IMG/VR virus record: IMGVR_UViG_3300035145_002457
Span: 20,587 to 84,586 of that record
From: a virus
DNA length: 64,000 nt
Direction: 5' to 3' (one strand)
The notes under the pieces are model-generated. The model was given only the letters and a program-made list of their open reading frames with translations. It ran no database searches and was not told the origin of the DNA. This document shows, piece after piece, positions 55,940 through 63,286 of the stretch (its first letter is position 1; the number at the start of each line of letters is the position of its first letter). The position numbers were made by a program, and so were the translations under genes.

Positions 55940-56925
55940 ACAGGATACCTCGCTTGTAATGGTTCAGCATACTGTGCCGCATTATCGGATATACGTTGCA
56001 TATCCCACTTAGCACAGAACTTCATTAGGCGCATGCCTACTTGGCTAATATCTTTAGCAATCATATGTTCTTCTACTACATCATTAATTATGCTACGAAT
56101 GTCGCCTGGCTGTGCAGACAAATCACATAATATAACATTACGATTATAATCGTCAAGCACACGATGTTCTTCACCGTTATGATCTACCCAACGTTGAAGC
56201 ATCATATTATTCCAGTTGTAGCCTTTTGTATCTTTATCTGCAAATGCTTCAATAAGGCCTACCTTGTTCTTAGTACCTTTCTTACGCACACCTGGATACG
56301 CAGAGAAAACATTATCACTAGTGTCACCACGCATACACTTTTCAAACAACATAAATTTAGGATCAGGAGCAGGTCTAGGTTCGCCTGTTTTCTTGTCTAT
56401 TACAGGTTTATTTTTCTTATCATCAAAATAACCTTCATGTGTTATAATAGTATTACTTACACCGTTGTATTGTTTTACATTAGGTGCAATTAGTTGTGCA
56501 AAGTCGCCGTCTGTTGAAATAATTACATGATTATCATTAGGATGTGCTTGTATCCAACCTGCAATAAGATCATCTGCTTCAAGCACAGGATGTCGCATCA
56601 TAGTGCAATTTGTTTTATTGCCAATAAAGTCTTTAAATTCGTCAAAGATTTCCCAAAACACTTTGTCTTCTTCTGCCTGTGCAGGTGTCATTGCATCTCG
56701 TGTTTCTTGCCTGTTACGTTTGTAAGGTTCATAAAAGTCCTTACGCCAGCTACGGCCTTCTAAACAGAACACAACATGATCTGCGTCAAAGTCTTGCCAT
56801 GCTTTCTTTACACTGTTTAGTGTAATATGTAGTGCCATTCCAACCTTTGTGTCAAGATCGCCACGTACTACGTGTCTTGCACGAAAGAATGTATTTGCTG
56901 TATCTACTAATATGTATGTACTCAT
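55936..56925 (-). CDS. rnh: T4 RNase H / FEN-type 5'-3' exonuclease
   Basis: ILVDTAN, SWRK..Y..YKRNR, EADDLIA, STDGDFAQL and RGDTSDNV..YPGV. Confidence 0.8.
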   Translation of the reverse strand: MSTYILVDTANTFFRARHVVRGDLDTKVGMALHITLNSVKKAWQDFDADHVVFCLEGRSWRKDFYEPYKRNRQETRDAMTPAQAEEDKVFWEIFDEFKDFIGNKTNCTMMRHPVLEADDLIAGWIQAHPNDNHVIISTDGDFAQLIAPNVKQYNGVSNTIITHEGYFDDKKNKPVIDKKTGEPRPAPDPKFMLFEKCMRGDTSDNVFSAYPGVRKKGTKNKVGLIEAFADKDTKGYNWNNMMLQRWVDHNGEEHRVLDDYNRNVILCDLSAQPGDIRSIINDVVEEHMIAKDISQVGMRLMKFCAKWDMQRISDNAAQYAEPLQARYPV

Positions 56926-57308
56926 GATACTGAACTCTTGCCTTTGTCTATTGGTACTACATTAATATAACCCATTTCACGTGCTGTGTCAAGTCCTTGT
57001 TCGCCCAATATCTGCATTGCAATAGTTTTAAACCAAGCATCAACAATATCTTCAGGTTTTTCACCTTGATATCCTGCATCAATTAGTTCTTCTATAAATT
57101 CATTGTTCCAATCGAGTTCAAAGAAACCGTTCTTAATATCATCTGGATTAATTTGCGTATCGAGAACACCTACCCAAGGTTTTCCTGCTAATGTTGCTTC
57201 TTCTTTTTCTTTTGCAAGAATTGCTCTTCTTTTTTCTTCAGTAGTTTCAACGGTTTTTTTTGTTTTAGGTTTTATTCCTACTGCTTTCTTAATTTTATCC
57301 CAATCCAT
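56922..57308 (-). CDS. Hypothetical protein, 128 aa
   Basis: Coupled to neighbours; contains GFFELDWN..FI..L..AGY.G. Confidence 0.6.
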   Translation of the reverse strand: MDWDKIKKAVGIKPKTKKTVETTEEKRRAILAKEKEEATLAGKPWVGVLDTQINPDDIKNGFFELDWNNEFIEELIDAGYQGEKPEDIVDAWFKTIAMQILGEQGLDTAREMGYINVVPIDKGKSSVS

Positions 57309-57451
57309 TACCAGCCTGCCTTTCTAATTCTATCTTGATCGATAGGTGCTTGCATTGCTTGATCAAGTTGTTTTTTACGTTCTTTTTGTTCCAAATCTTT
57401 GAGTCTAATTGGCTCATGTTCGTGATAATCAATATCAAGTTCCCCAGGCAT
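57308..57451 (-). CDS. Small hypothetical protein, 47 aa (MPGELDIDY...)
   Basis: Fills the gap between queE and the 128-aa gene. The 181-aa ORF in the track is this gene extended over queE. Confidence 0.4.
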   Translation of the reverse strand: MPGELDIDYHEHEPIRLKDLEQKERKKQLDQAMQAPIDQDRIRKAGW

Positions 57452-58328
57452 TTCCGAATAAGCTGATGTGGAGTCTTGGTGTGAACCGCCAACCTCGCTC
57501 CATACATGCTTCGGCGACTTCTTTAACATTGAGGTTATATTCTTCCGAACGTCCTCCCAACGGCATAAGATAGACTGGACATTCAACTCCGGCTTCTTTG
57601 TATTCTTCAACAGCTCTTGTAACTTCATCAAAGTCGTCATTAGTAGCGACAACAAACTTGAGATAAATGTCACTACCGTCAACAAGGCTATACTCACGAG
57701 CAACTTGAGGCAAGATAGCAGTTTCCCAAGGTTCTCCGCTAACACTAAGTTTTGGGGAACAAGACCACGTGATTGAAAATCTGTCTTGGTCTGTGAGATA
57801 GTTGAAGAAATCATCATGTAAAGTTTGTGTAGTGTTTGTTTCAAATGTAACATTTTTCAAATCCCTCATGCGTGGATGTTCAAATAATTCAATGTAGAGC
57901 TTTTGCCACGCTAACAAAGGCTCGCCACCTGTCATGATCAAGTGTACGTCTTGACCATTATCCATTGTCCATTTTCCTTCTGGAGTAAGTGACAGCAGAT
58001 GTTCAACTACTTCATCTACTTCTGCAAGTTTGTTGAAGTGTTTGAATTCTGGATAGATACTTGCATATGTATCACACCCTGTATGAATGATAGGCAAGTC
58101 TTCAAATTTTTCTGTTGTTTCGTGTACACCAGCATCGATAAGTGCTTTTACTTCTGCATTATATCGATTACCTTCTTTGTGTTGTTGCCAACGATCTTTT
58201 TTAATATCTGTGCCAAAGTTCATGCAACGAAAGTTACAACCGAAGGTGCGTAGAAATACACTAGGTACTCCTACAAATTTGCCTTCGCCTTGTACACTAT
58301 AAAATGCTTCTGAATATCTTAGTTTCAT
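57435..58328 (-). CDS. queE: 7-carboxy-7-deazaguanine synthase (radical SAM)
   Basis: YSEAFYSVQGEG..VG.PSVFLRTFGCNFRC...GCDT, TGGEP, FETN, SPKL and RFTPRLH. True start MKLRY at 58328, directly after folE. Confidence 0.85.
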   Translation of the reverse strand: MKLRYSEAFYSVQGEGKFVGVPSVFLRTFGCNFRCMNFGTDIKKDRWQQHKEGNRYNAEVKALIDAGVHETTEKFEDLPIIHTGCDTYASIYPEFKHFNKLAEVDEVVEHLLSLTPEGKWTMDNGQDVHLIMTGGEPLLAWQKLYIELFEHPRMRDLKNVTFETNTTQTLHDDFFNYLTDQDRFSITWSCSPKLSVSGEPWETAILPQVAREYSLVDGSDIYLKFVVATNDDFDEVTRAVEEYKEAGVECPVYLMPLGGRSEEYNLNVKEVAEACMERGWRFTPRLHISLFGNAWGT

Positions 58329-58329
58329 G

Positions 58330-59019
58330 CTATGCTCCACATGCAAACTGTTGTTGCAATTTAATATTATCCATAAATTCTTTTTTAGTACTAGGATCTT
58401 CACCAAAAGCACCACGTAGTACAGTTGTCTGTGTAAGACTGCTGTGTGCGCCAATGCCTCTGTTTTCACAACAACCATGTGTTGCTTGAATGTATACACC
58501 TACATTTTCAGAACCAGTTGCTTTTTGTATTTCATTTGCAATAACATTGTTAAGTTCTTCTTGTAGTGTACCACGTCTAGCACACCATTGTGCAATACGT
58601 GTATACTTACTAAGTCCAATTAATGTATTCGCGGCAATTATGCCAATATATGCTACACCGTTTACTGGTTGATGATGATGCGAACACATACTTTTAAGTT
58701 CGCTTCTTACAACTAACATTCCTTTATAACCATCATCTACATGGTTTGGAAATGCAGTTGCATTGGGCATAGGATCATAACGTCCTGCCATAAGTTCATT
58801 AATGTACATCTTTGCAAGACGCCTACCAGTGTCCATACTGTTAGGATCGTTTACAATATCAATACAAAGGCTTTCAAGGATGCTCTCAAACTTAGGTGTA
58901 AGTTCTTCTATAAGAGCTTCCTTGTCACCTTTTTGCATAACATAAGAAATGTTATCTCCTGCCCAGTAGCGCACTCCTGCATCTTCTAGGCGTTGTTTTA
59001 GTTCAATACTTTTAGTCAT
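58330..59019 (-). CDS. folE: GTP cyclohydrolase I
   Basis: DPNS.DT.RRLAKMY, SMCSHHHQP, IGLSKY.RI..W.ARR..LQEEL, HGCCENRG and TTVLRGAF. Confidence 0.92.
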   Translation of the reverse strand: MTKSIELKQRLEDAGVRYWAGDNISYVMQKGDKEALIEELTPKFESILESLCIDIVNDPNSMDTGRRLAKMYINELMAGRYDPMPNATAFPNHVDDGYKGMLVVRSELKSMCSHHHQPVNGVAYIGIIAANTLIGLSKYTRIAQWCARRGTLQEELNNVIANEIQKATGSENVGVYIQATHGCCENRGIGAHSSLTQTTVLRGAFGEDPSTKKEFMDNIKLQQQFACGA

Positions 59020-59035
59020 TCATATTCTCCGAGTT

Positions 59036-59053
59036 ATAGACGAGGATGTCTAT
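59036..59053 (-). promoter_or_regulatory. Perfect stem-loop in the folE leader (ATAGAC-ATCCTC-GTCTAT)
   Basis: 6-bp perfect stem lying between the promoter and the GGAG SD (59030-59027). Confidence 0.45.
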
Positions 59054-59059
59054 TGTTTT

Positions 59060-59088
59060 AGTATATGCTTTATTTAGGTTTTTGTCAA
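59060..59088 (-). promoter_or_regulatory. sigma70-type promoter TTGACA-N17-TATACT for folE-queE
   Basis: -35 at 59088-59083, -10 at 59065-59060. A TAAATA late-like motif is nested in the spacer. Confidence 0.75.
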
Positions 59089-59318
59089 CCATTAAGAACA
59101 GTTTTATCATCACCAAAATACTTGTTAAGCATTTCTAAACGATCGTCTGCGGCAGCCATTTTGTTCAATTCTTCAATAACTGCTTCAGTAATATCAGCAT
59201 GTTCGCCGATACCTGCTGGCATAGTTCTATACACTTCGATATTTGCTCTGTGAACTGCTAGTTCGCCTTCCGCTTGTTTACGTGCCGCTTCTAACAATAA
59301 GTCTCCTGCTTTAGCCAT
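59085..59318 (-). CDS. Hypothetical protein, 77 aa
   Basis: GGAGG SD; contains PAGIGEH.DI.EA..EEL. Confidence 0.65.
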   Translation of the reverse strand: MAKAGDLLLEAARKQAEGELAVHRANIEVYRTMPAGIGEHADITEAVIEELNKMAAADDRLEMLNKYFGDDKTVLNG

Positions 59319-59703
59319 AAAATTCCTCCTTAATGTACCTTTGCAATTCGTGATCCCCTACGTTTTCAGGAACCTTCTTTTTATAGAATAGTTCATAACT
59401 ATCAGATCCGTATTTACCTATACCATAAAGATCTGTAGCATCTTCACCATCCCAATCCTCAAACTGTTCGCTCATTCGATACAGTCTTTCTGCTCTTACT
59501 CTACGCATACCTAGAGGAGCAATAACTTCTTCTATTTCATTTTTAGTAGCATGTAATAATGCTTTATGAGTAGGCCATTTAGAAAAGAATTCAGGTAGAA
59601 CAGCTTTTACCTGCTTTCTACCTGTCTGATTCAAACATATGACTCCTACCATATGTTGCCATACATTTTCAACCTGCTGTTGTACCATTAAATCATCACG
59701 CAT
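59311..59703 (-). CDS. MBD4-like HhH DNA glycosylase
   Basis: W....VICLNQT...FF.KWPT...PLG...RA..L...LYGIGKYGSDSYELF...DHEL.RY follows the MBD4 catalytic domain motif order, including the catalytic Asp. Confidence 0.75.
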   Translation of the reverse strand: MRDDLMVQQQVENVWQHMVGVICLNQTGRKQVKAVLPEFFSKWPTHKALLHATKNEIEEVIAPLGMRRVRAERLYRMSEQFEDWDGEDATDLYGIGKYGSDSYELFYKKKVPENVGDHELQRYIKEEFYG

Positions 59704-60232
59704 ACTCACCAACATTTTCCCAAGGATAAACAAGCCATACATCTTGTTCATTCTTGTTTACTTCGTCACAGTAGTAAGACACTTCATTGAATTCAGAACC
59801 AAGGTTTTCAGTTAGTACAGCAAATCTTACATTGCCACCCCATACATTATTCCATTGTTCATGATCAGGCAAACAACCAGCTGGCCAATCTTGCTTTAGC
59901 CAATTAAATGTTGCGCCGGTATCGTTAATATCATCTACTATAAGAATTTTTTTACCTTGGCCGCCACTATCTTGGCCTGGATAACCTAAAGCATCTTCTG
60001 CCATCCAACTATTAGATTCGTTATCTTCTCCTGGTTCACAGTCACGTAATTTAATTTTAATTGCTTCACAACGTATTCCTGTCATGTTAGAAATAATTGT
60101 TGCAGGTACATTACCACCTCTGGTAATACCTACAATATAATCGGGACGCCAGTTGTCTTTATACATCTGGTTAATAATGCTTACGCACATTTTTTCTACA
60201 TCTTGCCAAGAGTAAAATTTCTTTTTAATCAT
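59696..60232 (-). CDS. Type I phosphoribosyltransferase (xanthine-guanine PRT-like)
   Basis: SWQDVE, PDYIVGITRGG, PRPP-binding ILIVDDINDTGAT and WLVYPWE. Confidence 0.85.
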   Translation of the reverse strand: MIKKKFYSWQDVEKMCVSIINQMYKDNWRPDYIVGITRGGNVPATIISNMTGIRCEAIKIKLRDCEPGEDNESNSWMAEDALGYPGQDSGGQGKKILIVDDINDTGATFNWLKQDWPAGCLPDHEQWNNVWGGNVRFAVLTENLGSEFNEVSYYCDEVNKNEQDVWLVYPWENVGEYA

Positions 60233-60455
60233 CTTTCTTCCATTCGTCCATTTCGGTTTTTATTTCATCACCTTCTCGATCATTAGCAATTAGGTTTGCT
60301 ATGCTTTGTATGTCATCTAATAATGCTTTACAAGCAATCTTATCATACTCTTTGCCGCTTATTTCGCTGAATTGGTTACGCAATCGGTGTAGTTCGATTG
60401 CTTTGTCTTTCATTAAATTTATGCGTTCGATCAATTGCTCTATAGTGTGTAACAT
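60225..60455 (-). CDS. Hypothetical protein, 76 aa
   Basis: Coupled to neighbours; GAGGAG SD. Confidence 0.55.
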   Translation of the reverse strand: MLHTIEQLIERINLMKDKAIELHRLRNQFSEISGKEYDKIACKALLDDIQSIANLIANDREGDEIKTEMDEWKKDD

Positions 60456-60796
60456 TAAAATGGAATCTCCTCGTCATTTTCGTGATTTCCTTTGTAATCT
60501 TGTTGCACCATTGTGTAAACAGTTTTAAAATTTTCAAATGCTTTTTCTAATGCAGGATAATGTTTACACATCTCTTTTATCTTCCATAAAGAAGGCATGC
60601 CATCAACAAAGTCTACGTTATTATATGTAATTGTATCGTGTTCTGATGACCATGTACTACTATCAAGATTGAGTGTGATGTTTGAATCGTCAGTGTCTAT
60701 TAAACTTGTAATATCAACAGGACTAGTTGTATATGTAACATCATTGTAAGTGCTACTATCTATTGTAAATGTGTAGTCTTTGTCTTCATTCCCCAT
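60455..60796 (-). CDS. Hypothetical protein, 113 aa, with acidic ..DEEIPF C-terminus
   Basis: Overlaps the GT stop; contains YPALEKAFENFKTVY. Confidence 0.55.
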   Translation of the reverse strand: MGNEDKDYTFTIDSSTYNDVTYTTSPVDITSLIDTDDSNITLNLDSSTWSSEHDTITYNNVDFVDGMPSLWKIKEMCKHYPALEKAFENFKTVYTMVQQDYKGNHENDEEIPF

Positions 60797-61835
60797 CAGC
60801 GATTACCCTATACAATTTTTTTCCGCTAAAAAAGTTTTTGTTTAATTTTGTAACTTGTTTATTTAGGCTTGGTAAAAAGTCTTCATAATTTTCCATATAT
60901 TCTTCTACTTGTTTTACAACCTTGGTTCTATTATTCATGTAACAATCATAATCCAAAGACCATTCACTTGGATATTTAAATTCAGGCAGTGCCATTTCTG
61001 AGTAACTTAGCCTATCTGGAACCATAGGAATAGCATCTACAAGTGCACCTTCATACCAGCTAATGCCAAGTGTTTCTTGTAAGTTAGCACTAAACACAAG
61101 TTTTGCTTCACCTAGTAAATTATGATATTCATTTTTACTAAGTTCTTGTTCTTGACAAACAATAAAATCATATTGTGGAAGTTGTGTTTTAAGATCTCTA
61201 AATATTTCAACTTGTTTCTCCGGCGCAATACGATGCGGAAATAGGATAAGATCTCTCTTATCCATTCCTTTGTATGATGCAAGACTGTTATGTAAGTATT
61301 CCATAGGCCAACCAACAATATGGTTTTTCGCATCATCAATATTAAAAGCAGATGTAAACAAGTCTACATGGAATTGTGTTGCAAAGAAGTTGTCGTCATA
61401 ACAATCATACATTGATTGTTCAGCATTTCTTACCCAGTCAGCATTACCAATTAGTCTTCCGAGGAAATCTTGTGGATCATAACTACCTGCATGCCACATG
61501 CCGCCAATAATAATATCTGTATTAAGTAGGCTTGCCATGTATTTAAGCTGAATAACAGTAGGATTCCAAGCATCTGTATACAGAAAATAATCACCATCAT
61601 TAATTTTACCTTCGCAAAATAGTGTGGCAATTTGTTGGAGTTGGTTTGACTTATATACATTTGTGCCTCCGAAGTTGAGGAATGCACCTGGTGTAGTGGC
61701 ATGTGGAACTTCTCCTCCGCTGATAACTTTTACTTCTTCGTTTGTAGCTCGTTGCAATTGGTGTGGAAGATGTTCCTTCCACTGTTTGGTATAACGTGTG
61801 TCAACTGCTTCGATATCTACAATATAGATGGTCAT
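60786..61835 (-). CDS. GT-B glycosyltransferase (GT4-like)
   Basis: FPHRIAPEKQ, LVFSANLQETLGISWYEG (Ex7E-type motif) and VPDRLSYSEM. Confidence 0.75.
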   Translation of the reverse strand: MTIYIVDIEAVDTRYTKQWKEHLPHQLQRATNEEVKVISGGEVPHATTPGAFLNFGGTNVYKSNQLQQIATLFCEGKINDGDYFLYTDAWNPTVIQLKYMASLLNTDIIIGGMWHAGSYDPQDFLGRLIGNADWVRNAEQSMYDCYDDNFFATQFHVDLFTSAFNIDDAKNHIVGWPMEYLHNSLASYKGMDKRDLILFPHRIAPEKQVEIFRDLKTQLPQYDFIVCQEQELSKNEYHNLLGEAKLVFSANLQETLGISWYEGALVDAIPMVPDRLSYSEMALPEFKYPSEWSLDYDCYMNNRTKVVKQVEEYMENYEDFLPSLNKQVTKLNKNFFSGKKLYRVIADGE

Positions 61836-62047
61836 TAGTTTCTCCGATTATTAAACTTTCTCCCTGCATTGCGAGACTTTGCACGAAGCCAACCTTGGTG
61901 CTTCTGGTAAGCCTCCCAATTGGGATCTTCTTTGTTATACAAAGCCTTTTCGTTAAAGACTTTGCCTTCAAAGCGACAGTAGTCGCGGTAACGGTCCAAG
62001 TCGTTGAATACTTTCGTATACGCTTCACGATTGAATTTGATATCCAT
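61835..62047 (-). CDS. Hypothetical protein, 70 aa
   Basis: AAGGA SD; TAATG overlap with the GT gene. Confidence 0.6.
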   Translation of the reverse strand: MDIKFNREAYTKVFNDLDRYRDYCRFEGKVFNEKALYNKEDPNWEAYQKHQGWLRAKSRNAGRKFNNRRN

Positions 62048-62062
62048 TTTGTCATTGTTTCC

Positions 62063-62545
62063 TTATACATTAGAGGGATTTGGATAAAAGATTTTACAGC
62101 CGTTTTCGTTGTCTTCTGCGACACTTATCTCTACAAACCGGCCAGGATATTTGTTAGAGATTTCATTGTACAAGTCATCTGCGATCATTTCACAGCTCTT
62201 GTGGTTAAGTTCTAGTACGCCTTCAACGTCATAGAGTCTTTGCATCCAGCGTTTAAACTGTATAAACTCAATGTCTCTGTCATTATGAAACACTTGAATT
62301 CTAACATTAAAGTGGAATATATGGCGATGTGGAATACCTAAAAAACTTACATCATCCCAATCACCTGTTGCTAATTTAGGGTCTTTGTCTGCACCTGGGT
62401 ACATATGCACACCTTCTTTTGAAAACGTTACCCATATACTTCTTTCTGCTTTATGCATTACGTTTTCCTGTGCAATTTTCTTATCTTCTTCTCTCATCAT
62501 ACGTAACATACCTTCATAGTATCTTTCTTGATTGTTTATATCCAT
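62063..62545 (-). CDS. QueD/PTPS-like T-fold protein (6-carboxy-tetrahydropterin synthase-like); true start may be downstream
   Basis: EGVHMY...PHRHIFHFNV...DIEFI..K...SCEMIA..L...VEISVAED matches the His-triad and TxE..A pattern of QueD. Genomic context is folE/queE. Confidence 0.6.
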   Translation of the reverse strand: MDINNQERYYEGMLRMMREEDKKIAQENVMHKAERSIWVTFSKEGVHMYPGADKDPKLATGDWDDVSFLGIPHRHIFHFNVRIQVFHNDRDIEFIQFKRWMQRLYDVEGVLELNHKSCEMIADDLYNEISNKYPGRFVEISVAEDNENGCKIFYPNPSNV

Positions 62546-62572
62546 TATATGCTCACAATATCACTTTGTCAA
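62544..62572 (-). promoter_or_regulatory. Perfect sigma70 consensus TTGACA-N17-TATAAT
   Basis: -35 at 62572-62567, -10 at 62549-62544. The -10 overlaps the listed ATG of the QueD-like ORF. Confidence 0.75.
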
Positions 62573-63086
62573 GGCCATATTTTGCCCAATCAGTAAATTT
62601 TTCACTATCTTGTAGATCGTGCAGTCTATGACACCAAACGCCTGGGTTAGATGCCTTAAAGTCTTTGTCGTCAATTTTCAACATAGTGTTGTAATTCCAT
62701 TGTCGAATGTAAGGCACCGGAACACGCAACTGTGGAATAAAATTATCATACTCAATTAAACCGCTTTCTAAAAATGCTTCAGCAAGTGCAATAGGAATAT
62801 CAAGCGAACAAAGATAACCTTCGTCGAGGAATTCTTTTATCATATCTTCCCATTCACTCCATTCGTCTGCATCATCTGGAAAATTAGTACCTGGATTAAA
62901 ACTGTGATTTGCACCAAAGAATAAGTGTTGACATTTATGTGTGTTATAGAAAGTCATTATTTCTTCAGTGTCTTGTACACCTTCAATAAAAAGTGTTTTC
63001 ATTTTATATGCAGGAGTTTTTTCTACTTCGTGACCAACAAAGTAACAAACTTTTTCTACAATACCTTCTTCGTAATCTCTTTTCAT
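62553..63086 (-). CDS. Hypothetical protein, 177 aa, in the deazaguanine locus
   Basis: ATGA overlap; contains EVEKTPAY..KTLF, HLFFGANHSF and KIDDKDF.ASNPGVWCH. Confidence 0.6.
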   Translation of the reverse strand: MKRDYEEGIVEKVCYFVGHEVEKTPAYKMKTLFIEGVQDTEEIMTFYNTHKCQHLFFGANHSFNPGTNFPDDADEWSEWEDMIKEFLDEGYLCSLDIPIALAEAFLESGLIEYDNFIPQLRVPVPYIRQWNYNTMLKIDDKDFKASNPGVWCHRLHDLQDSEKFTDWAKYGLDKVIL

Positions 63087-63286
63087 CCTAGTGCCTTTAG
63101 TTCTCTTTCTAATCTATAAATTTCGTCTTTAAGCCATAATTTTTTAGTTTTCATTCTATTAACAATTTCTTCACGTTCAAACTTTTTATACATTTCTTTT
63201 ATTTCATCATCCAACGTCCTGTGCTTTCTATAAAGTTCTTGTAAATGCACAGCAAGTTTATTGTGTTTGTCCGTGAAGTTGCTCAT
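63083..63286 (-). CDS. DUF465/YdcH-like small coiled-coil protein
   Basis: L..L..KHR.LDDEI...MK.KKL.LKDEI. Confidence 0.65.
   Translation of the reverse strand: MSNFTDKHNKLAVHLQELYRKHRTLDDEIKEMYKKFEREEIVNRMKTKKLWLKDEIYRLERELKALG

Noticed and set aside
58070-58225. Intein or intron in queE
   Set aside because: The insert is only about 47 extra residues, in frame, and lacks intein terminal motifs or an endonuclease.
57452-58499. Extended ORFs 57308-57853 and 57435-58499 as listed in the track
   Set aside because: The extensions overlap queE and folE respectively. Better starts are at 57451 and 58328.
59036-59053. Assigning the folE hairpin as a known preQ1-I or THF-II riboswitch
   Set aside because: It lacks the A-rich 3' tail and loop consensus of preQ1-I and is too short for THF-II, so it is kept only as an unclassified candidate.
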